Shown here one piece after another: positions 37,907 to 47,216 of a DNA stretch of 64,000 nucleotides (position 1 is the stretch's first letter; the number at the start of each line of letters is the position of its first letter). The translations under genes were made by a program, and so were the position numbers. The stretch covers positions 4,644,518 through 4,708,517 of the forward strand of contig CAJINV010000004.1 in assembly GCA_905178155.1 (NCBI GenBank), in the 5' to 3' direction. The notes below the pieces were generated by a model, which was given only the letters and a program-made list of their open reading frames with translations, searched no databases and was not told where the DNA came from. The DNA is from Amoebophrya sp. A120. Taxonomy: Eukaryota; Protista; Dinoflagellata.

Positions 37907-40900
37907 ATGAAGTTGAACCACTTAGCCCGCACGGCCGCAGCTCTTGCTGCGGGCTGCACATTCCGGGGGTACTTGACGGAGTTGATATCCCTCAACGACA
38001 TCGCTATCCTGTTTTCCACCGGGCCGCAGCCCTGCGTTTTGTTCGCTGCCGCGGACGAAATAATCGTAAGCGGAGCGAAGGATCATGACTACACGGGGGA
38101 GGGAAAAATCAACATCAAGGACGTCGTCTTGGACGACACAAAGAACAACAAACCGGCAACGCAGCCGAAGCTCGACGAAGAATATTTGCTTGCTGCAGGA
38201 GCCGAGGAACTGAAAAATCTTGCCGGGACCACGGCCACGACATCTTTGCCCAAAGCGGATGTCTCTACTACTTCGCAAGAAGATCCGGTTGACGGCAATA
38301 AAGACCTCGGTAGTGGCGGGGAGAAACGGGCACAGGACAAGAGCAGGGAACGGCGGACGGAATCTGCTGCTGCAGCTAATGCGGGAACTACTACTGCGCC
38401 TACAGCTACAGGATCTGCTACTGCTGCAATGGAAGCAGGAACCGGGCCTCCACATGCAGGGCAGGTGGTCCGAGAAGACGATCAGCAGATGAACCGCTAT
38501 AATTTTGAGGTTGCTCTTCCTGATACGGGAAATAAACCAGGGGTGGCGACGAAGGACGGAGAGAACGAGAAGGGGGATGGAGCAGGTGAAGAGCCCAAAA
38601 CCTCGAGCTCCATCGCATCCTTGAACAATGCACAGGAAGATCCAGATCTTCTTGCAGAGAAACAACAGGAAAAGCATCATGCGCCTCAGCCGGTTTCGAC
38701 GGTGCAGCAACATGGCGTGAAGACGGCGCCCACGACACCAGGGTTGGCTGCAGGAGCTCAGAACAAGGAGCAGAAGGCTGCTGGCTCGCAGCCGGGATCT
38801 CTGTCGCACGACAGCGGCCGCGGCTCCGAGGAAGATCTGTTAAAACTGAAGAATGAACAAGTTCAACCCGGCGCTCCTCCATCGGAGAGTACTACAGGAC
38901 CTCCAGCGAATCATCACGGGAAGGCTGAACCTGAAGCAGCTGCAGCTGTGCAAGAAGAAGAACTGAAAAATCTTCCCGGCACGATGACAGCGACATCTTT
39001 GCCGCCCGAACAAGCGGATATAGTCTCTTCGCAACCGGCATCAAACGGCAAGCACCACGGAGGAGCAGGTGGGGAGAAAAAGAACAAGGCAGCGGGCCAG
39101 AGCGGGGAAAAACGGATGGATGCTGCTCCTACTGGTGCTGCTGCCACTACTACAACTGTCGGCACAACTTCGGATGGGGGTACATCGAGCAGTGAAAAGG
39201 AGATGGTTGCTGCTCCTGCTGCTGGTGCAGGAGCCAGTGCTACTACTACAACTGTCGGCACAACTACAGATGGGGCTACAACGCCGAGCAGCGAAGGGCG
39301 GATGGATGCTGCTGGTCCTGGTGTAGTTGGTACAACTACAGATGGGGCTAGTACAACACCGACTGGCAAAAATACAGGTGAAGCTGCAGTTGTACAACCT
39401 GAGCGAGCATTTGGGAAGAAAAAGTTGGAACAAGACGAGTACGACCAGAAAAGCGTTGAGGGAACAACTTCTACCACGACGGAAAACAAAGATCTACCAG
39501 GGGCTGGGGAGATGAAGCAAGATCACTTCGAACACGAACAACAGCAAGATCAAGATGTACTTCTCAAAGAGTCCGCAACAAATGATCCGCAGGTGAACAA
39601 CAATGAAAAGCATGATCATGATCATGATCATGCCAACAACTACGATGTGAATGCAGTTGCGGAACAAGATGAACAAAAGGAGGACACCAGCAAAACTACA
39701 ACAACTCGATCGATTTCTGCCGTGCAGCAGCCAGAGGAGGCGGAGACCACAGCGGGGTCGTCCTTGGCAAAGCAGACTGATGACCAGGCTGCTGGCGCGG
39801 GGGCATCAGCTTCACCACGCCGCAGCAACGAAGAAGAAGAAGCAAAACTGAAGGGAGATGGACTTGGACAGCAACAAACTCAAGCCGGACCCGCCTCGCT
39901 GTCGAGTACAACTTCTACAACGTCTTCAGCTAAGGACGAAAATAAAGATGAAGCTGCACCTGGGAAGAAACTGAAAAATCCTCCCGGACCGAAGACCACG
40001 ACGGCGGCGACGTCGAAAGACACCGACTCCACCCAGGACAGCGAAGTCGATAGAAGAGAAAAGAAGCGATTGATGGCGTATGCAGCCCACAAGGAAGCTG
40101 AGGCCGAAAAGCGGAGAAAAAAAAGAATGGCAGCGGTGGAGCGGCATAAAAACGAGGAGCACGGACCACCGCTGGATACGGTGACAGTCCCCGTTTTCGT
40201 CCAGCCAGTGCCGATGTATGACGGCACTGCCGATCGCTACGACCATGACCACCGGCACCAAATCATTGCGGAAAAGACGCACGACCTGTCGATTCACCTG
40301 GAGGATCGCGCCTATGGCGCTACGACGGTGCTGACTCTGGCGTTTCTGCTGTCCATTTCATCGCCAGTGGAAAGGCTTGTTTTGCGAATACCCGAGGACT
40401 ACCAAATGGTCAAAGTTGGCTCGGCTGAGCTGCAAGATGCAGATGACCAAACCTGTCCACTGATTGACCTGCAAGAATCCCCCAGCATGAAATTCCAGCC
40501 AGACGGAGGGAACAAGCCGGGAAATGGGCAAGCAGCTTCTGGGTCATCTGACGCTGCTCAACAACAATCTGCAAGTACTGAGATGAACGATCGCGTGCTG
40601 CGCTACCTGCCCGCCGCAAAAGTTTCGTTTTCCGAATGTGTGAAGCGAAAAAACGCAAACCTGTTTGACATCTCCTTTTCCAAAAACGATCTCCTCTGCC
40701 CGTTTCAGCCAGAAGTGACGAACGTGCACTGCAGCGAGCCGGGACGCGGCGCCGTACACGCAAAAGTAGAAGAGGCGAAGCAAGGCACTGGGCACGTAGA
40801 GCTGCGACAGCAATACGCACTCCAGCTGCTTGTCCATTTGCCCGACCGCAAGCAGTTTTCTTTGAATGACTTCCGTTTGACAGCAGTGAGCACTATGCCG

Positions 40901-43900
40901 AGTACCAAGCATCTAGGCACTGAAAAAGATGACGTGCCCGAGGGGAACGCGGAGGACGTAGCAACTGGAAAAGCGGTGCCAGGTATGCATATGCACGAGG
41001 TGACGGTCACGATTCATGCAGATGGGCCAGCTTTGAAACAGCGAACAGCAACCCGATCGGAGGAGCTCGATTTCGCGCAGAGGGAAAAGGAAAGGACTGA
41101 ATGCACCTACTCCCAATGGGTCGACTGGAACTGCAACACGGAGTGCGGTGGGGGCGTTCGGTTGCGCACACGACGAATGCTCCTCAAAGGCTGTGCTGAA
41201 CCAGAACCCGTGACAGAATTCATCCCTTGCAACACGTTCCCTTGCGAAGCGAATTTGCAGTGCCAAATCAGCCCATTTGCGGCTAACGAGCCGCCGTTAT
41301 GCTCGTCTACCTGCTGCGGCGGTCAGCGAAGCTACCGGGATGGTATGTACGGGGGGCACTGTCCGGACTACATGGATTTTGGAGTAGAGTTATCACAGGG
41401 AATAAAAGTGCTAAATGTTCTTAACGGACTTTCGCATGCTGGAATACACGAGAAATGATGCGCCGCAGGTTTGTATTTTTGCATAGCATGTATCATGATA
41501 CTGATCATACAGATAGATAGCGAACATTAGTCATGGATGATTGCAAGAGTGTGATGAATAAGAATGCCTCAACACGAACCGCGTTAACGTTAAGCACTTC
41601 TTTTTTGTCTGATAAGAGCGTCATGAGCCGTGCGTAACACAAGAGGAGGAGCAGGAGGGCAAAGCAATCAGCCAGGGCGTTGATGCGCCGGAAAAGTCAG
41701 CGGCAGCACGGACAGATTCTTCAGCAAGTTCACCTTCAAGCGTCTCTGGTAGCACCCGCAACGAGGAACAAGCGCAGGAGAATTCCAGAAACGACCCCAT
41801 GCTCCACAACATTGATCCACCGCAAGGGAGTATCGCAAGAAAAAAACTGTCTCGGTCCTCTCAAACCGTTGCAGGCTCAGCAACGGAAATTTGCTCAGCA
41901 TGACCTGGCAAGCCTGCGATGCGTCAGACGCAAGGGAAAACACATATGGAAGACGATAGTCTTGCATGTCGAGCATGACAAAAGACGGTCTCAAGCTGCT
42001 CCAAAATGCGCATTACAGGTTGCGGCCGAGATGACAGGAGTTTTTTCTCACGATATAGAGTACGAGTACCCAGTGGCGCGGGTACCAAGCGGACTGCGAG
42101 TACGAAGTCGACGAGGATGGGAATGAGGTATGGACGCCTACGGGGGAGTGCTCCGAATTCTGCGGACAGGGGCTGGAGCATTTCCTTCGAATGACCACGA
42201 ACAAGCGGTTTTCGCAGGACTGCCCGATCCCGCAGAAGTATGAGTCCTGCATCGGAGTTGCTAGCACCATGCTCGGCGAAACTACCTGTCGACCGTTCAT
42301 GTTACTTCTGCGGCGCCCGGGCGAGATGCAGTACTTGTACGAACTCGAAATGGACGCTATGAACTTTCTAGCCCAAGAACAGGAGACGATCGCTTCGAAC
42401 AAGAAAGACAAATCTGCTGCCGGAGGACAAGACACATCAACATCTTCTGGAGGCAAGACCACATCCACGGAAACCTCCGACAGTAGAAACCCAGTGGCCC
42501 TTACCGGATCCGTGTTTGAAGTTACTCTGATCTTTCAACCGAAATATCAAATGCAAAAATCAAAATGTCTAGTTCTGTAAGATTTAGATTGCTAGGTTTG
42601 TCATGTAGGTTTTCCAGCATGACCCGCGCGGTGGCGGTCGCGGTCTGGCATGCACGGCCTAGCATGACAGATTCTGCGAGATCTCTGTCATGCCTTTCCT
42701 GCATGAGAAATTGCCTCTAAACTTGTTCAAAAGTGGACAACTTTTGGTTATCTTGCAACACAAATTTTTTCACGATCCAGATGTTTGATGTAGCATGACA
42801 AGTTACACTCTTCCAGACCCAGACATATTTGCAATGCATACGAAGTCTTCCGGCACCATGCTAGAGGTCACTGCGCCTCCGGGGTACTCGTTCCTCCCTG
42901 ATGCAGGTACCAAGGCGGAGAGTCAACTGATCGCGGCTGGGGAAGCGGGCGTGCCCTGTCCAGAGTCCTTGATTCGGGATTCGAGCTTGCCCATGTTAAA
43001 GTCTTACGTCGAAAACCCATGCACCGTGACACTGACAAGTACTACAGGCGAGGAGTCCGCCTCGATGATGGAACAACAAGAACCGTCCGCATCTCTTCAG
43101 GTTCAGGTTGCGAAAACCACCGCCGGTGATGAAATCGAGCAGACCTTGGAAAAATCGTCACAGTCGAGCAGATATCCTGTGCAAGAGTATCGCACTCGTA
43201 TAAATGCATTACCAATTATTTTCTCAGCATGAGAAATAAAATTTGTAAATGCGGATTTGCCTAACGAAAAAGATTTGTAATGCATGACTGCAATTACCAC
43301 GAGTGCGATACTTTTGCAGTTCATAGCAGACCTCAGCAGCGCGCGAGTGACGGTGACAAACAGTCGGCCGCCAAAGGAGGACTTCTGCCAGATGGCACTG
43401 CGGATCGTGACGGGGCAGCGCCGGTGGGAGGGGTAAAAAGCAATAAAGAGACTGGCACTAAATCGAAATCCGACAGCACGGCGAAGCCGAGCGCCAAACC
43501 ACCGCAGAAGAGTCAAACCATCCGACTGGACCTGCACGACGTGGTGACCCCGAAAAGACCTCCGCGAAGCGTGTGCTGGCTTGCGCGGGGGAGCGAGTCC
43601 GAGTGGTATGAGGAGAACAAAAACTCCAAGCTTTGTCTGATTAGACACCCCCGCACGTACTACTTGACCGTCGCGGTGGCAGCGCCGACGAGCTTGTGCA
43701 ACGGCAGCTTCGAGCGTGTTGAAGTCGGGTTTGACCTCTCGGAACTCCGTTGCAAAGAGGACCCGGGGTTCTGGAGCTACACCGTGAAGGGCCGAAAGAC
43801 CGCGACTATGGCGCGGACGCGGGCTATGGGAGTGTCAGGATTGAAATCGGCAAAGTTGAAATAAGAAGAACTTGTAATGCATGCAATCGATACCAGTTGG

Positions 43901-44621
43901 AAGCCTAACTGCCAAGCGGCGCATGACAAACTTCGACACCGTCCAAATCCAGTTTGTCATGTTGTTTAGGGACAGAAGGCGTCCTCTGTCATGCTACTTT
44001 AGCAGCTGCATCGCAGACCCCAAACAGGCTGACGGTCGACCTCACTTGCCATCCCTGCAAGAGAGGCACTTCATGCCTTGCAGTTTATGCATGAGAAATT
44101 ATTTCAACTTTGACGATTTCAATCCTGACGGTTCCATACGGGCCCACTCGAGGGTGATGAAGGCGCGCTCCGCTATGGCGCTCTCAACTGTTACATTCTC
44201 AGCTGTTACATGAATTTGTCATCCAAAAACAGCAATAGGGAAAGGGGCAAGCTTGCAAGTCTTGCATCACCAATCTGGCACGGATTTAGATGCTGTTTAG
44301 CCCTTCGACAATTTGTCATGCGAAGCAGCGTGATTATCTTGCGGCCCCTGGTCATTTTGCATGACAAATCATGTAACAGTTGAGAGTGTAACGCTTGGGA
44401 ACGCCATATCCGTGGTGGACAGCTTGGACACCGACAGCTTTGTCACCGCGGGAAAGGTTTCCTGTGGCGTCTCGCGACCCTGTCCGGTGGAGAAACCCTA
44501 TTGCCGGGCGGAGTTCGACGGGGTTTGCACCGCAGAGTCGGAGTTTTTCGGGATCCCGTTGCAGAGAATGGACCGCGGAGCCGCGGAAGATCCTGGGGAG
44601 GTTGTGAAGGCAGAGGTGTAG
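37907..44621 (+). CDS. Large surface/secreted protein with thrombospondin type-1 (TSP1) repeats and a repetitive N-terminal region
   Basis: CTYSQWVDWNCNTECGGGVRLRTR, CSSTCCGGQRSYR, WTPTGECSEFCGQGLEHFLR. Exons 37907-41390, 41620-41830, 42061-42544, 42846-43172, 43331-43824, 44144-44173, 44414-44621 (6 introners). Confidence 0.8.
38190..40030 (+). repeat. Intragenic degenerate duplications in the TSP1 protein
   Basis: GAACTGAAAAATCTT / EELKNL-GT-TATSLP recurs near 38205, 38955 and 39965. TTTTVGTT(S/T)DG units are tandem at about 39140-39360. Confidence 0.7.
41391..41614. mobile_element. Introner family G (single copy here)
   Basis: TATCACAGGGAATAAAAGTGCTAAATGTT...AACGTTAAGCACTTCTTTTTTGTCTGATA; DR AGAGT/AGAGC; frame restored to HEPCVTQ. 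Confidence 0.87.
41831..42055. mobile_element. Introner family H (single copy here)
   Basis: TATCGCAAGAAAAAAACT...AGTTTTTTCTCACGATA; DR GGGAG/TAGAG; spliced PQGS|TSTQWRG. Confidence 0.87.
42545..42840. mobile_element. Introner family C
   Basis: TATCAAATGCAAAAAT...CAGACCCAGACATATTTGCAATGCATA; DR CGAAA/CGAAG; spliced FQPK|SSGTML. Confidence 0.93.
43173..43325. mobile_element. Introner family B
   Basis: TATCCTGTGCAAGAGTATCGCACTCGT...ACGAGTGCGATACTTTTGCAGTTCATA; DR GCAGA/GCAGA. Confidence 0.95.
43825..44138. mobile_element. Introner family D
   Basis: TATGGGAGTGTCAGGATTGAAATCG...CGATTTCAATCCTGACGGTTCCATA; DR CGGGC/CGGGC; spliced RTRA|HSRV. Confidence 0.95.
44174..44408. mobile_element. Introner family F
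   Basis: TATGGCGCTCTCAACTGTTAC...GTAACGCTTGGGAACGCCATA; DR TCCGC/TCCGT; collinear with 20700-20935. Confidence 0.95.
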
Positions 44622-44645
44622 CCGGAGTCGGTCTTGGCTGTGCAG

Positions 44646-46687
44646 ATGATGTCGGAACAGTTTGCCGACATGTTCTCGCACTTGACTGGAACGATGGGGC
44701 GTAGCCAAGTACCACAGCCAAAATTGCGTCGCGGTGCTACTTACGTGCCTCTTGGTGAGGACGAGGAGGATGCCGATATCAGTGAATTTCTTGATGATGT
44801 GTTTGATCGTCTCCCTGCTGGTCGGGGCCGCGACGACTGGCTGAGGGTTATACCCTTGCCGAAGGAACCGCCTGCGCCGTACGACCCTCGGGTGGAGTCA
44901 CCAAATATGATGCCGAGCCGCGTTGAGCCGGTTGACTACCTTTGCAAATGTACGGGAAGCGTCGAAGCTATAGGAACAGAGAGTGCAAGTGCAGTGGAAT
45001 TACAAGGCCCCACAATCGCCGTAAAAGAGCGACTCGTGCAGTGGAATCCAGCGTCCCTCAAATATCCACAGGACGAGGCCTACGCGAAGCGAGATTTTCC
45101 AAACTGGCTCGAGTACTTTGGTAGCGATGTGATCGCTACCGATAACGATAAGACGAAGAAGAGTCGATTGATGCGCTATTTCTTCCCGAAAGCGAAACAA
45201 GCCAAAGCAAGCATTTTTGAAGTCAAGCGGAAACAACTAGTGACGCCGAACTCAGAGCAGCCGGGAACAACAGTAGACGTCGTAGAGGTGGAATACAAGC
45301 TTTCCCCGACCGAAGCCGAACCTGGTGCAATTGCAAAAGAAGGTAGCTTCAAGTTGATAAAGGCACCGAGACCCAACAAGCAGGATCCAGACTTTCAGGA
45401 AGAGTACATAAAGCCGATGCTGATGTTGGAGTTCCAGGACGAGGACGCAGAAACTCCAAAAACCGGCCCCATCAGTTTTCGCCTCTTCGAGAAAATCAGC
45501 GCAACTACGACCGCTTCAGCTGTGACACTCTCAACTGTTACCTTTAAGCACATCTTTTTGCGTTGTGGTTATGACGCAAAAAAATGATAAGCAGATACAA
45601 CTTCTTGATTGGGTTTATTGCTTCGGCTTTATTAGTTTGCTCAAAAAGTAAAAGTATGCGGCTCGGCAGTATGATACTGCCAAGCCACATACTTTTACTT
45701 TTTGAGCAAAATAATGTAGCTTTTTTGCCGCCTGCGTGAGCCTGGCATGATGCAAAAGGCGATCGAGGGAGATTTCTGTTTTGCATTGTCAGAAATCGCC
45801 AAAAACCTGTAACACCTGAAGTCGTCACATCAGCTGGGGATCTCATACACTTGCTAAAGGAAAAGGAGAGCAGCATTGCGAAGTTACTCCGGGAGGCGTT
45901 CATGATCGGCTACAATCCTTCAGTACGTTCTGGAAAGCGTGTTTCTGCTAGGAACATACCCCCGCCGGGGACAAGCTGGGTTTTCAAAGGACGCGAGACG
46001 GAGAAGGAGAAGGCGAGCGCATTGGAAGTTACTTCAGCGGCCGCCGTCGGCGCTGTTTTGAAGATAGACGAAGAAATCATAGATGACAGTCTCGATGCGC
46101 TCATAAAAGATAAAGATTTTATTTTATCTCAGTCTCGACAGCAACGAATCAGGAAAATAAACGATGGCCTACGTGCTGCGGAACAGACGCGCCCTTCCTT
46201 CCGCTCAGAAGACCGCTTGAAGATGAAGTTGCTTCAGAACGCCGCATCCACAATGATCGAGGTTGTCAAAGAGCAGGTCAACGAGGAAAAAGAACAGAAC
46301 GTGCGCACCGAATCGAGGGTTTTGGCTGTAACTTGCCACAATGCATGCCTCAACCTCGTGCGCGACGCCGATGGACAAGAAGGCGGCATACGCGGCACCT
46401 TTAAAAGTACAGCTCCGAACATGATCCGCTCCGCCCTCGTTCCCTTTTCAGCAACAGCCCTCGCGTCCCAGGAAACCATCAACGACAGGGTCCAATCGTA
46501 TTTACGAATCAATCCCAGTCCCGATAAAGAGCCGAGCCAGTTCACTTCGCATTTATTGGTTCCAGACAGGCCGGGAGGGAGCCTGACTAATGTGCTCACG
46601 TATATAGGGCTTTTGAGGCCAGGTTCTTCAGGCTCGCTGGCACACGTCGCCACGCTCAATGGCGGAAAAGTGAACAGTCTCACTTAA
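44646..46687 (+). CDS. Hypothetical protein, or in-frame continuation of the TSP1 gene past a single TAG
   Basis: Exons 44646-45520 and 45835-46687 join as ASA|GDLIHLLKE. Same frame as the upstream exon ending at TAG 44619-44621. Confidence 0.6.
45521..45829. mobile_element. Introner, family F-related, with TGT...ACA termini
   Basis: TGTGACACTCTCAACTGTTAC...GTAACACCTGAAGTCGTCACA; DR TCAGC/TCAGC; frame restored. Confidence 0.88.
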
Positions 46688-47216
46688 ATAAAGTTTGGCA
46701 CGTGATTCCGCGAAATCAAACTTCGAATCATGAAGCTGCAAATTAATATATCAATCAATCTTCTTCCCCGTGCGACGAAGATTTGGCTCTCTGTATCTGT
46801 GAGTCGTTTTTTTGCTTCGTTCTCCTTCCACTCTAGTGATCGTTAACGCCATCAAGGATAAGGATCAAAAACTGCGACAAGAAAACGAGCAAACGTGATC
46901 GTTTGGTAAGATGAATGAAGATCGCAATCGCTGAAGGTCGAAGGCAAAACGATAAAAGCAACGTAATCTCAGTACGCACCCTGCAGCAAAGAAAGATAGA
47001 TTCTATTAAAGCAGAAGCTATTCTGAAGCGAAGGCCAGCCTTACTTTAGGTTTGCGTTTCTCTACCATCAGGAGTAATTTTCCGGTCCTGCAACTGTATC
47101 TGCATCTACTTGAGTAAGTATAAACTTGTTCGTACTGCTTGGTACTGGTAACACTGTCTAGGTCTTGGTCTACTTACGTAATTATAAAGTTGGTTAAGCT
47201 ACAGAAAATCATCATC

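Noticed and set aside
31432-44621. Genome-wide stop-codon reassignment to explain the internal TGA and TAG
   Set aside because: Multi-kb ORFs have no internal stops, and genes end in TAA, TAG and TGA.
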